This document shows, one piece after another, positions 47,701 through 59,526 of a stretch of 64,000 nt of DNA. The stretch's first letter is position 1. Each line of letters starts with the position of its first letter. Made by a program: the position numbers and the translations under genes. This stretch comes from Babesia bigemina. Lineage: Eukaryota. Under the pieces are notes generated by a model. That model was not told the DNA's origin and did no database searches. It saw only the letters and a program-made list of their open reading frames with translations. The stretch is from contig NC_027218.1 in NCBI RefSeq assembly GCF_000981445.1, positions 1,116,001-1,180,000 of the forward strand. The letters run 5' to 3'.

Positions 47701-50700
47701 AAATTGAAGCGGCTGTTAGCGCTATAGAAGACAGAGCAAAAAAAGATGAATTTGATCAAGTAATCTCCGACATTGACACACCATTCTCAAAACTCACTGT
47801 CGCCATCACTACTAAATCAGTGTTCCAAGACGATGTAGCCGCCCGAGAAACTTATTTTAATAACCTTAAAGACGTTATTAATAATACACTAGAAAACTTA
47901 AAAATTGCATATCACAAAGCATATCAGAGTTCAGCAAAATCGTATCTTCAAATAGCGATTGGAATGATTAAAAAAAAGGTTGGAGATGCGGAATCGGCCT
48001 ACGAGTTGGCGGTTAAGACTAACATTCTTACCATTAAGAAATTGATTAATGGGGTTGAACATTCAAAGTTGACACAAGCGGAAACTAGAAAGAAATTAAG
48101 CAAAGACTTTGATGAACCTTTCAGCACATTGATCTCTGCAGTCACCACGAATTCTGCCTTCACGAACGATGCAACATCCCGTAAAAGGTGCTTTGAACAA
48201 TTACAAACTGTAATAATCCACACCATGGAAACCCTCTCCGCCGCATATGAAAGGGCCTATCAGAGCGCCGCGAAGACGTATCTTAGACAAGAGACAAAGA
48301 AACTTAAGGAAGTTCTTAATGCGGCTGAAGACCGTTATGTGAAGGCTATAAAAGGAGATGTTGAAAAAATTATGACTGCAATTTCAAGCATCAAGGATTC
48401 CCTGTTCAAGAGTGCAGATCATCGAAAGACTTTGGAAACATTGTTCATCGAACCATTTCGAAATCTGCAAGAGACTGTTAAAAAGAATTCTGTATTCAAA
48501 ACAGATTATGAATTTCGTAATCAATGTTACAAAAAACTCGAATCAATCAGTGTTGGAGTAATTAGAACACTGGTTGAAGCTGCGAACAAGTTTGAGAATT
48601 GTGTTGAGCTTGCAGATCACTATTTGAAAGAAGCCCTCAACAATGCAAAACGTGGTATTAAAACACATGAAAACAACACACAGGTGCAAGTCAAAAAAAG
48701 TTTCGAAGACATAATTGAAGACGTCTATAAAATGTTTACCGTAGAGTGCAAAGCGCACTTAAGAGCCTTAAAGGATTTGGTTAAGGAGCAATTGAAAGAG
48801 ATAAAAACGATACTTGCTTATGATGTCGCCAGTGGAGTCAAAGGTATGCTAAAAAAACTTGGAGGTCAACTTTTGAAGAAAGTAAGAGAAATTAGTTCCT
48901 CTCAATCTACACTGAGGTGGGCGGCGAAGAATCTTCGGGATGGATTTGAAGAGTTTTTTGACGACTTTGAACAATTTGATGAAGTGCAGGAGATGATGGC
49001 CAACATTAACAAAGTGAAAGAGAAATTGAATTTACTCTTTCGACAACTTGAGGGTTCCCAGCACTTCGACCATCTCGTCACAAACAAACGCGAGGACTTT
49101 GAAAAGGTGCTAGAAGCATTCTCAGTTGATACATTCTCAGATGCCACCAAAGCTGTCGTATCACCCCTCAAGAGCGGCCTCCGCAACTTCACTGACCAAC
49201 TCGGCCACGCGTACGTGAGTAGGTATAGCGGTATTAAATTCCACGGTGACTTGTGGAAAACTAAACAGGTTGAGAACGGAGAAAATCCCAACAACTTCAA
49301 GCAATCTGTTGAAAAGTTAACCACTGAGGGCCGTAACTGCGCCAAGGTCTGCCTGACGATTCTCGACATTTTAGATCGTGACTTGGTAGAATTAATGAAT
49401 AAATGTGATGGTGGTAGTCAGTGGAATTGCTATAATATCCATTTAGGTCAAGTCAAAAAACCTCATGAAATACATAATCGACAAAACACGGGAAAAATAC
49501 AAAATCCGCTCGGGCTCTTTTTTAGGGACTGTGGATACACTGTTCCATCTGATGAATTGAAGAACGATGCCCAGTTGAATAACAAGTCGGAATTCAAAGG
49601 TAAGAATATTCATGATTTATGTGTCGAGTATATTACCGGCTTGACGGAAGGAACGAAAAAGGTTTTGAACTTGCATTACGAAGTCAAGGATAACAAAATA
49701 GAATTCTACAAACTTCTTAAGGTTTGTTACACTATGTTCGACAAGTATCGCTACGTCAGCCACCTTAAGCATATTCCCATCGCGAGATCACCTACCAATG
49801 TCAATGAAATGCTACATTGGTTTACCGGCCTTTATTGGAATCCAGTTCATAAGAAACTAAAAGATCGCCTCAATAGCTTGCTAAAAGAGCAAATCGATGA
49901 GTATCAGTTGCCAAGTACGAATATACCGGCTACCATGCCGTATGGAGACTACTGGACCAGGGGAACTGTGAACATCATGGACTTCACTAAGGTATTCGAG
50001 AATGTAATTACACGTTCACCTAGGATATTAGTGACGATCCTGGGACATGGTGACGCCGATGGACGATACGCCTGTGACTTCTTCACCAACCCAGATGATT
50101 TACTGTACCCATCCAGCCCAGATCAGTGCTTAGATATGCTCGTTGATATAGCGCTTAGATTGAATCACCAAATTCGTTTCCTGTACAAAATGTGTCACAA
50201 CGGCAAACGCAGCAGTGGTTGGCGTGATTGCCAATATGGTAAGCACATCGCTGGGTCAGCATGGAACTGCAACACGTACCAATGTAATGAGCAGGACTGC
50301 GACCAAAAGCACAAGCCAATCGCCAACCAAACGGGTGACCAAAATAGCAAGTGCGGCATCAAGTCACCCCTCCAGTCCTTCTTGGAAGATGGTTTGCCAG
50401 GCTTCCTACCACATTCCTTCAAGAAGCCTGGTTGCAAATTGGAATGTTCGGTGAGCAATCACAGAGGCATACCGTGCAAAACGCCGATGGGTTTCCGCGA
50501 CCTCAGTATAGTTGCCTCTCACAGACGAACCGGCCAGGCTCTTAGGAAAGTGCTTGATGGGTTCTGTGGTATAACTAACGAATCGTTGAGCCTACTTTGC
50601 ACCTATTTCCTATGCCTACTGCGCCGCCCACCGCAGACACTGTGTGACATGTTCGCATTCTACCACAACTTCCTGGAGCAGTGGACGGGTGCTTACGGGA

Positions 50701-51584
50701 ATCACGCCGATGTCAAGAAACATAAGAAGGAAGCATTCGAGAAAGCCGTCAAGGAAGCCAACTTCAGTATCGAGGACACCACGTTAGACGTCACATCCTT
50801 ACAAGATGGAAGAGATCACGGCAAGCACTACGATGATGGCAACAAGAAGCATACCGGCGACCTGTTTAGTCTTATATGTTGTGAACCTGGGAAGCCTGCG
50901 ACACTACCATGTGGGTCATATCTGCAGCCTCTGTCTCTCGACATCCGCTGCGTTTTCTCCTCAACGTACGCTTCACTGTACATGTCGTGGATTGTCTACA
51001 TGACTGAGACCTTTTATAGCTTACTCAAAGAATTATATGAGAAGTGCTGCAACAGCTGCAATAAGAAGGGACGGAGATGTTACGACCGCACTTGCGCTGA
51101 GAAGTGTGAAGTGAAGTATACATCAAAGACAGACTTCAAGACACTCAAGGATCAAAATCACACCAATGAATGCAGCTCAATCGTCAACTGCCGCGATACC
51201 CACGCTACTATATTCGCTGCCGGATTCACTTTCGGCAGTCCTTTTGAAATGAGTGGCGAGAAAAATGACAACACTAAACGTACTTGCCAAGATTTTTGCG
51301 AAGCGTTGAAAAAGGTATGCTCCGACAGTTCTGTGCTCGCGAAACTAGTTCACGTCACGATTCCCCAATTTTTATGGCAGATCAGGGAGAAATTCTTCTG
51401 GACTACCGTGGCTCTCTGGTCCGCCTCATTCCTCTACCTCATCTATGTAATGGTTGGCAGACTGGATCTCCTCCACATCAAATCGCATCTGCACTCACCT
51501 TCCTCCCATCGCATCGCCGCCCAATCACTACTCGCCGCCGCACGTGTCGGCAAAATTGCCAAGATCACCTACCTGCAACCTTGA
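44709..51584 (+). CDS. ves1-like variant erythrocyte surface antigen, 2291 aa, with internal ~110-aa repeats
   Basis: KKLTDCPENLREAIDWL N-terminus, conserved Cys-rich C-terminal domain, TM and YLQP tail. Confidence 0.9.
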   Translation: MAPQFKKLTDCPENLREAIDWLIQVRHGNGENGEGLTKLSQALTTLIQDAIDKARESIQHKQDKLDCSKELSLGFTYCRQLDGQIKQAEEEIKMLHEGDKAMKDKLNSKINGIKTLKENCIKSHYIDEQRRSSLSQEIEDATKVVRKLEEFTKDLDNSKNDNNILSKLCSGLETFLGYTSGNYTGQGIVYGDCDRFRDAVLMFFHGVLDSVKENESVMTYDKDPNNNLSSALLRIKELIHHGHGAFYQAFEAVSRALQTWDEDLAMRTRNVNKQFSNLKDVLENEVNEFSKEQGNSLTEQFARWDETAAHLVDMTDAADKMIGDLDSGLRKKLEPPVTAIREAVKMLKRSSSDNGMIKVVDTLQKTLDNIPGEVEKFIEDNANKTVEKHKNQVEDFKKNVKRDMNALRDAYVKEHLAVAQTDLSMAVNTFRKNAKNLGGLKNTVMHKAIEAIDKVFDNVDNVVADNGTLNALASDPINVQTKLIYQELNTEWKPSDGWKSLRSNIGRPQDIFTNTYETGLKSLVNKTKNDLDKALECASSNAKNLGGLNNEAVRAVISNIQKKLEEVDTQITSMKQLMGLESDFMAGQISTIAHTKNQGATSVSIHVDDLNVTIGKADAIFNTTHNNTLEELAGKSQKTLAHIFAKAQECIETHGGLNNAVVVSVMREIETKLETEADRVVTIEKLKQLKTGFMEGQIMKITKAKNREGITLSSHINDLSETIGEPEVNFKTYQAALESLVEQTEQTLKKAIENAKTYLETPQTSLQRKMLDAYGIVLGTSNKTRMGEAAVLAGRVGDAIKQLNVFAKKFTGKHNIEGKFPNLDSYGEALKEDVRRKLETHGNDDDEISRWITSSTSNLISSVFKEANEQISKVDNAYRVAVDRELNAIKLKITEFKNKAEKNELGNFHSIIHSNFQSINRAIDTNSAYQEDHKSRTDYFTKVIEIINHTVDSLQTAYQKAYQSSAKSYLSGAIRKIKVAVQGAESQYKLEMTQLRSQIEAAVSAIEDRAKKDEFDQVISDIDTPFSKLTVAITTKSVFQDDVAARETYFNNLKDVINNTLENLKIAYHKAYQSSAKSYLQIAIGMIKKKVGDAESAYELAVKTNILTIKKLINGVEHSKLTQAETRKKLSKDFDEPFSTLISAVTTNSAFTNDATSRKRCFEQLQTVIIHTMETLSAAYERAYQSAAKTYLRQETKKLKEVLNAAEDRYVKAIKGDVEKIMTAISSIKDSLFKSADHRKTLETLFIEPFRNLQETVKKNSVFKTDYEFRNQCYKKLESISVGVIRTLVEAANKFENCVELADHYLKEALNNAKRGIKTHENNTQVQVKKSFEDIIEDVYKMFTVECKAHLRALKDLVKEQLKEIKTILAYDVASGVKGMLKKLGGQLLKKVREISSSQSTLRWAAKNLRDGFEEFFDDFEQFDEVQEMMANINKVKEKLNLLFRQLEGSQHFDHLVTNKREDFEKVLEAFSVDTFSDATKAVVSPLKSGLRNFTDQLGHAYVSRYSGIKFHGDLWKTKQVENGENPNNFKQSVEKLTTEGRNCAKVCLTILDILDRDLVELMNKCDGGSQWNCYNIHLGQVKKPHEIHNRQNTGKIQNPLGLFFRDCGYTVPSDELKNDAQLNNKSEFKGKNIHDLCVEYITGLTEGTKKVLNLHYEVKDNKIEFYKLLKVCYTMFDKYRYVSHLKHIPIARSPTNVNEMLHWFTGLYWNPVHKKLKDRLNSLLKEQIDEYQLPSTNIPATMPYGDYWTRGTVNIMDFTKVFENVITRSPRILVTILGHGDADGRYACDFFTNPDDLLYPSSPDQCLDMLVDIALRLNHQIRFLYKMCHNGKRSSGWRDCQYGKHIAGSAWNCNTYQCNEQDCDQKHKPIANQTGDQNSKCGIKSPLQSFLEDGLPGFLPHSFKKPGCKLECSVSNHRGIPCKTPMGFRDLSIVASHRRTGQALRKVLDGFCGITNESLSLLCTYFLCLLRRPPQTLCDMFAFYHNFLEQWTGAYGNHADVKKHKKEAFEKAVKEANFSIEDTTLDVTSLQDGRDHGKHYDDGNKKHTGDLFSLICCEPGKPATLPCGSYLQPLSLDIRCVFSSTYASLYMSWIVYMTETFYSLLKELYEKCCNSCNKKGRRCYDRTCAEKCEVKYTSKTDFKTLKDQNHTNECSSIVNCRDTHATIFAAGFTFGSPFEMSGEKNDNTKRTCQDFCEALKKVCSDSSVLAKLVHVTIPQFLWQIREKFFWTTVALWSASFLYLIYVMVGRLDLLHIKSHLHSPSSHRIAAQSLLAAARVGKIAKITYLQP

Positions 51585-52310
51585 TAAATCACCTCACCGC
51601 CACTCACCTACTCACTTAACTAGCAACCCACCGCCTAACCTAACACTCACCCAAATATATCACCTAATATCTACTTAGCTATTCGGTAGTAGATGTAGTT
51701 CACCAATTGATATGTTTGTGGCTTGGGTTGTCGAGTTGTGCGTTACCTATGAAAAGTGCCCCACGTCCCCCCATGGTTTTAGTGGGTAGTTATGTTGGGT
51801 GGTAGGTTACAAATCTAGGATGCTACGGCGTGTTGTGATAAGTGAAAGCGCGTCGTATGCAACGTGATTGTATGGTGAGATGGCTAACATGTTTGTTGCT
51901 AGGCAATGAATGTAGCTGTTGTTAGCCGATGTGATGGCCAGTGGACTGCGTAGTTACGTGGCATTGGTGGTAATAGTGTAAGTGATAAGAACGTTAATCA
52001 AGTGAGGTGGCTCTGTTAGACACAAATCATGACACAAACGTGATGCAATTTAGAAGCGGCACTGGTAAGTTGAACGGAATGTGAGAGCTGAAGTTGATCG
52101 AGCAACTGGCACCGGTTGCCCTGCATGCCACGGCGGGGATATCATCCACATGCTTAACTCTGTGGTACTTCAGTTTTGACAGCGGCATACTATTGAAGTA
52201 ACTGAATGTGCACTGGGTGGCGGTAGCCCGATTGGTTGGTGCTTATATGGGAGGCTGTCAGTGTATTTGGGTGAGGTACGGGGTTTATTGCTTTGTAGGT
52301 TGATGGTAAG
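51585..52310. repeat. Conserved ves-downstream spacer, copy 3
   Basis: Homologous to the other three spacers. Confidence 0.88.
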
Positions 52311-52751
52311 ATGGGCGATACATGTGAATGTGGTAATATATGTAAGCAAGAAATTTGTATATGCTGTCTCAGGTGTTGTGATGGCTGTTTGGATGTCAGG
52401 TGCCTTAATTGCATTCTCGTAAAATCGATCAGCGAAGGCGTACTTACATGTAGGCCTGAGGACTGTCAAAAAGTGTGTAAGAAAAAACCCTGTGAATGTG
52501 AATGTTGTGTAGGCGAAGATGCACGCTTTGCTGCCGCTACCTCCTATTTCACCAGTCGACAGCATTCCATCGAAGCCGCTAGATCCCCAAATATTTCCGC
52601 TTCCACGGGTCTAAGCGCCTATATCATCGTTACAATCATAGTCATCCTCACCGCCGTATGCGTTATGAGCTTCTTTCGCATTTGGCCGTTCCACAAGGTC
52701 CGTGATTGTTTCGCCCGCAGATTGCCGTTTTGCATCGCATTTTATAATTAA
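52311..52751 (+). CDS. Small Cys-rich single-pass membrane protein, copy 6 (146 aa)
   Basis: CICCLRCCDGC...CECECC, TM YIIVTIIVILTAVCVMSF, FRIWPFHKVR, tail LPFCIAFYN. Confidence 0.78.
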   Translation: MGDTCECGNICKQEICICCLRCCDGCLDVRCLNCILVKSISEGVLTCRPEDCQKVCKKKPCECECCVGEDARFAAATSYFTSRQHSIEAARSPNISASTGLSAYIIVTIIVILTAVCVMSFFRIWPFHKVRDCFARRLPFCIAFYN

Positions 52752-53922
52752 GTCCAACACCTCGTATAATCGCACAGGGATACGGATCCACAGCAAAAAG
52801 TTTATCTAATGACGTATTATTAAAATTTTCACCATAGTGAATCGGCGGGTATCCAGCGATGCTTTCACGAACTGTATGGGTATAGCGTCCAATGAGAAGT
52901 GACATTGAATGGGACTGGTCCGGGTGACCTGTTGTACGTCGTCCTCGACGGCCTCGATACGCTCCGCATCAGCTCACACTTGAGATAATCGTCTCATAGC
53001 ATCGATTCGCAATCCTTCCTGGCAACTGCATGTGTCAACTAATTTTCCAGGCTCAGATTTAGAAGAGTGGTGATGATTCCCCTGATCCCCTGTGACGACG
53101 CTACTGTCTAACATACGCATCCACCTACCTAACAAAACAAAATGTAGATTAGAATACTTATAAGTTTACTGTCATAAGGATGTTTAATTCATTTTTGTTG
53201 TCTATTTCGTGATTTTGTGCTAGATCGTACTCCGTTCCTTCCGGATCCACAAGGTCCTGCATTCGATCATTACAGCCTCACCTTGTTCACATAGTGTGCC
53301 ATAATATTATCTCATTCTATGTGTTTTCAGTAGCGTATTTTATGGATACAATCTGCGCTAACGTATAATACCCAGTGAATGACAACTTAGGATGACGCAA
53401 TTTAGCCTCTGTGAATGAATATACCATGTAATGAGGCGTCGTGCATATCGGTAACAATGAGTATGCTTAGACTACGTATCGGCTTATCTACCACCAATAT
53501 ACACAGAATAACACACATGATTACATTCTCGTCCGCTAATGTGTTGCTCCATACCCCCGCCGTATTTCGGCGTTAAGAGGCAACTACCATTTGATGATGC
53601 TTTCAACCAAGCATAAGTTTTACGTGTAATAAAATACTACAAGTGCGTAATACAACCATTTCTGAACCGTTTACATCTTTATGTTTATACATATTATTGG
53701 CTTCCTTTCACCTTGTTTGTGGAAGATGAGCAACAGCAGCCTCTTGACTACATTGACTAGTCACGTTGAGTTAACACTTCTTGGATAATTAAAAACGTGT
53801 ATGCTTAATATGCGGCACTTTGGGGCGTTGTTTGTTATCCCCCGCAAAATTTGTATCTAACCTAGCGTGATGTGGCAAGCACGGCACTGCTGCGTCAAGA
53901 TGGGGAAGGTTATCGATAAACC

Positions 53923-54690
53923 TCACGTTTCAACCGTATACTTACACACAATGCCGTCTAAGAATTCCAACTGGGTTTTTAGAGGTTCGTAATATTTGAG
54001 GAAATCCCTACAGGTTCCTTTGGGGATAAAGTCTTTAAGGTTGAATCCCACGGATGCAAACATCTTGCCTACGGAACGTTGGCCAGTACCATTAAGTTTG
54101 CTGTCTAAATTGGAGCGCTTATTACACTCACTCTGGATAAAATTAAGGTCGTCGCACAGGGGAATGAGTAAGGAGATGAAAATATCCGCGCATTCCCAAG
54201 GGTTTTCGGCACAAGAATTATCCCAAGTTACATCTCTTCCATACGATTCAACATACGTTGAGTCATTAATAAGGTTTAGCAAAATCAATTGAATTCTAAT
54301 AGAAGCTTTTGACAGGTGACGATATAACTCATTCATCTTCACCTCTGTTTCCTTTTCATCCATTAAATTCAGCTTGATCATAACGTTATCAACCCAAGAA
54401 GTTGGTTTTGTGAGCCCCCCACGTCTAGGCAGATGAGATCCTTTTATAATCTTGTTGGCTCCATCATCGAAGTCCCAATCATCGTAATCTGCATCATCGG
54501 AGAGCACGTTGGACACGTTGCCTCCCTTCATATTTTTTACATCTGGAAGGTTTGCTGCACCACGTAATAGTACAAGATACAGAGCCTTGGCGAGAATCGG
54601 TATTCCACTGCATCTTCTAACGGCCACGATCCAGTCAAACGACTCCTTCAGGTTTGACGGAGCTTCCAAAAGACTGTCGTACACAACCAT
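53923..54690 (-). CDS. Short ves-related (ves2-like) protein lacking the C-terminal TM
   Basis: MVVYDSLLEAPSNLKESFDWI matches the ves N-terminal motif. YVESYGRDVTWDNSCAENPWECADIF resembles the ves Y.S.Y...W...CA block. Confidence 0.7.
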   Translation of the reverse strand: MVVYDSLLEAPSNLKESFDWIVAVRRCSGIPILAKALYLVLLRGAANLPDVKNMKGGNVSNVLSDDADYDDWDFDDGANKIIKGSHLPRRGGLTKPTSWVDNVMIKLNLMDEKETEVKMNELYRHLSKASIRIQLILLNLINDSTYVESYGRDVTWDNSCAENPWECADIFISLLIPLCDDLNFIQSECNKRSNLDSKLNGTGQRSVGKMFASVGFNLKDFIPKGTCRDFLKYYEPLKTQLEFLDGIVCKYTVET

Positions 54691-56773
54691 CTTCAAAACA
54701 AGATGAGAAAACAAAACATTGTTTCATGAAAATATGCCCATTTGGATGCCCTTTATAGCCGTTTTCTTGAAATAACAGCGTGCGTGGAGGGTTCTACAAA
54801 CATCAATTCATAGCGTAGAGTGGCAAAACTGACAAGATAAATTATCATAGAGGCGAAAGCCCCCGTTGATACGAACCAACCCTGCGCATCTATAAAGTTA
54901 CGAAACACCTAATACATAAACGAAATGGTTTGATGATTGAGCTGCAAGGTTGGAGTAATCCCGACGGTAGGTCTTCTACACCCGTACGCAACGGAAAAGT
55001 CCACTCAGATCGCAGATTGTAATGTATATATTCAAAATAAATATTAAAAGTTGATATTATGGCCTGATATGCAGAATTAAGACCGCGGTCAGTTGCATCT
55101 TCGGAGCGATGCACGACACCACCAATACACATATGGTTCGGTATTGTGTTTAGAACCTAATGCCTAATCCACATGACATTTTTAATTTAACATATAATGT
55201 TTTGCGCCTATTCAAACATTTTGCCTATGTATAAATGGCGGTAGCATCGTAGACATTAAGCAAGTCATCTGAGAGAGCAAGTGACTTTATACAAGCCACC
55301 TAATACACCGAATACGTCGACATTGTTTTCTATGGGTACATAAAGTTTGTCGTTAGGATTTTAGCAATCCTTCTGAGATGTGTACCGTACTGTGCGACGC
55401 GGTTACACGTATTACTCTCAAAGACTCTGCCTGCTCCGGTATTACGGACACTGTGACCCAGATTATGCCATTATGTATGTCATCGAATACGCTAAGTTTT
55501 AATGGCTGAAAAGGCTCGTGAATATAAGTCTTCTACGTCGCCGCCTACGCTATTGTAATAGCTGAATTAATCGCAAGAGGCGCTGATCTACAAACGGAAT
55601 CCCTTCTGTTTCCAAGAGACTCTGCTATATTTTGGATACATGTAACGCATCATTGCGATATGTTTCCTTTGAGTCCACGAGTGGCATAAGCCGGATACCT
55701 TTAGGCTTGGTAGTGCCACCAAATACATACAGAGTATGAAGTGCATCCAATAAAAGAAGTATTAACTGTTATTAACAATTAAAGATCATTGGAACGTATT
55801 CTCATATATGCGAAGAATCTTTAGTACACGTCATCATTACGAGCTTGGCCGACATAAATGTAGTGGACGATGACGATTGGAAAAAAGTTTGACAACAGAA
55901 ACTATAGTGCCTCTACATTCTAAACATAACATTTTACACGGCCTAGTAAATCTCCCTCCCCTGTATTAGTTACAACGACATAAACGGCACTGAATTTGAA
56001 CCATCACTTTGGGTTTTCGCATTACATGTAGAAGACATATTCACTCACGTCTAATTTAGAAAACAATTAACAACGTACCAGAAGATACTTTCACTCGGGG
56101 AGAATTGACAATGTCTATACCAATACATGAAGCGTACGACACCTAGTGGCTTGGTATTACAATCGAATACCTCGATACGCTCACATACAAGAATTTCCGT
56201 GACTGGTGCATCATTATATAATGTTTTTGCAATCATGATAACTCAGAATTCAACTATATATGATTCCAGATCAGCGTCGCAACTCCACTAACATCCTACA
56301 CGTTTCACACAACAGTTCCACAAAAATTAGGTACATTACATACCGCAAGAGATTAGAATCTTATTATATCCGCAATAGTGCCCATGAGTGTTTTCATTGA
56401 CAACGCCGTCCCGTGGTTATGTAGGAGCGTTTCACAGCGTCACGCTTCTGCTCCATCTAGCGACCCAATCACTAATGTGGAATCTTACTGTCCATCTCCT
56501 TTAGCATTGCACTAGCCACCTGCATACGTCGGTGCCCAAGCACCCAGCTTCGTATCGCACTAACACGGTGGGGCTATGCAAAGACGTGTGAAAGGTAAAG
56601 CTCAGCTCACTTTGGCAGACTGGATAATATATTAGTGGGTTATACGAGTCTAGTTATGCCTGGAAGCAGTAATGCATTTTTCTCATCGTGGTCACAGATG
56701 CTGCACTAACAGAAGTAATTACTACAGCCAAACCTATCACAATTGGAAGATGGCTCCATTAATGCGGTAATTA

Positions 56774-57535
56774 TTATGAGACGCCACGTTGACAAATAGG
56801 GTCCTCGTCAAAGTAATCGGCGTCGTAGAGTGAGAGCATTTTCCTGCTATTAGTGAGCAGCGCCTTGACGTCGATGAGGTGTGAAGCCTTAGACCTGATG
56901 GCATGAGAACAGAGGTACAGGATGTCCAGGCGGTACAGAATCGTGTATGCTAGGAGGAGTATTGCGACCGACCACAATGCGATGAGCGTGTAGAGGAAGG
57001 GCATCCTGACCCTGTAGAGGAAGTCGTCCATGCAGGTCATGAGTGATGCGATAGGCTTGCCGTTAACAATGTCCTGCAGCTTGGCGATAACCTGTTGACA
57101 TGTGAGTGTCGGCTGCGGTCCCACCTCCGGCGGCGTGATCCCGTGTAGGTAGAGGAGGGGAAGGGCGGTGGAACACAAGTAAGGGGATGAACACTTGATA
57201 CTAACGTGCTTCTTGAGATCATAATGTAGTCTTTCGAGTGCCTCCCACAGTCTGTCCGGCAGGTACACCGTCCAGCTGAGGTAGGTGTGGGCGAAGGCAT
57301 GAGAGTACAGGGAGTAGGCTCCGTACGTTATAGGCGAGCAATGTGGATGGCAGTTGGCAGGGTCACTGCCGCAGCCAACCAGTGTGGACAGGAAATTTGG
57401 ATGGTCATTGTCATTATTGGGCGTGCAGATGTTGTTGAGCAACTCTGTACCCCAGATGCCACGGACAGTGTCCAGGTCGGTGTAATCAAGATGGTCCCAG
57501 TCGGGATGTTGAGTGCGGAGGGAGTCACCCAGCGA
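56774..57535 (-). pseudogene. ves1a-type 3' fragment with a frameshift
   Basis: CHPHCSPITY..YLSWTVYLPDRLW, TM, SKASHLIDVKALL is a ves1a-type tail. The upstream SLGDSLRTQHPDWDHLD is in another frame (shift near 57450). No large 5' ORF. Confidence 0.72.
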
Positions 57536-59526
57536 TTATATTATGCATGATATTAAAACAGTAAGGGACTAATTTTGTTTTCTCAAAACGCATTAGGCAG
57601 GACGATTATCTTGTAAACATCCCACCTACCTGAGGGGCAGGAAGGCAATGAGCCCATGAATACTGTAATACCAGATATTGGCTGGCATAAGAGGCTGGAG
57701 CAAGGACGGCAGACGGAATTACCTATGAGTTGTCTGAGTAGAATGCTATACAGCCCTTCTGACCCAGCATTGTGGCGCAGCCAAGCCGTCTCCCCTAGGA
57801 GCTAGGGAGCATCTAAGGGTCCGCCACCGAAAATATCGCCAGATATCACAACAGTACGCTTTACACCACATAAACAACATGCTTAGCAGATCAAAAAGAG
57901 ACTGATCAATTCACTCCACATTCATGTCTACATTATGTTTTGGATGCTGTAGACGTAACTAAGGAGCAGTGTCTCGTATTAGATATGGTGAGATAGACAA
58001 CATGTGTCGATCTCTATGTACGCATGTATCCTTGAGTGCGTAACTGTATACCCGCCCACCACGTCCTAGTAGCCCTGTGCCATCTACCCACTGGCTTTGC
58101 AATCCGGTTGACTAATTGGATCTCTCAGTCGGCGGATCTGATTGCTAGTCCACCAAATAATACACGCTTCATCATCATGTTATTATTATACCGCCCATTC
58201 TGGCAACTACTTATGTTTCAGCCGAAACGAGGTCGGGGACATTGCAGACATGAGGCGTATCTCGGATATTTCGCTCACTCTTGAAATAGATTTCAGTTCC
58301 CACACGTCCATTGCATTTAGAATTTCTAGCATTGCCATATGAGTATTCTATTGGTTTCCCTCACCCGCAGTCAATGAAGCGGTCAGCTGTGTCGGTGAGG
58401 ACGATGACGGGTGACACCTTGGAACCAGCACTTCAACATCATCCGTGTTGCACAATAAAAGCGTTCTAAAACAGTCGATATATTGCGCTGTTAATATATC
58501 ATGATCGGTTAACGCCATCGCCATATGCATCCCAGCGGTGGTCTGGTGTAGGCAATCACTGCTACCGTTGTTGTCAAGGTTAGTGGAGCCAGTGAAGTGG
58601 AGTGAAAGTTGCCGTTAAACATCTGTAATTGTGCGTGATGGGCATTGCCTATAGTTCAAATCGTGAACAAATACGCTGATGGTTGTACCCCACCTTACTG
58701 ATTCATCTAGTGACAAAGTCAGACGGAAGTCAAGCGCAGACGTAGATTCACAAAACGCTGGTAACTACATTGCACCCACTTACCCCAGTTAATGAATAAT
58801 CGCAACACAAGAAACACACCTCTAAATCAAAAAACGGAGACAGGACGTTTTATACTTAACTTAGGACGCCAAACCCATGCGCCAAGTATCACCATGAAAA
58901 TCAAACTGCGTAATTGAGCAACAATGTTTTGTGTCTGAGCTAGACGGTACTTCGAGTAGTAGTTACAGATACATGCTGTGGATATTGCGGATGTTGAGTT
59001 ATAGGGATTCCAGAAATTATGAGACAACCATAAAAAATAGTGACAGACGCAGGATAAATAAGGACAGCCGGCATGAAAGAATGATAGATTGCACGTTGAT
59101 GACACATACAGGCGCTTGTAACTACATTAATCAGCGGTTGGTGAATGAGTGACCAGCGGTGTAAGGTGAGGTGATGACTGGTTGCTGCTAGGTTGGGTGG
59201 GCTAGGCTGTTACGGCACTAGGGTAGCGATTAGGGGTACTATTACGGTTGTGAATGTAGTCAAGTCGACGATAATGTAGGAGACTTGTGCTCTGATGTAA
59301 TAGAGGCGTCTAACAGTGACTTTTCGTTCGAGGACGACGTACTCCCGGTCGCCGTGATTATTATCGTTCCATTTGCCAATGAGCGTTTGACGATCCATAC
59401 AGACGTAACTAGTGAAGGTCACGCCGATGCACGGTTATGAGACAAATTCTAATGCATTATTAGACAAAGAGTGTGCCGTTGATAGCTGACGCCAGGAGCT
59501 AAGTGCGATAATACAAAGTATTGGAC

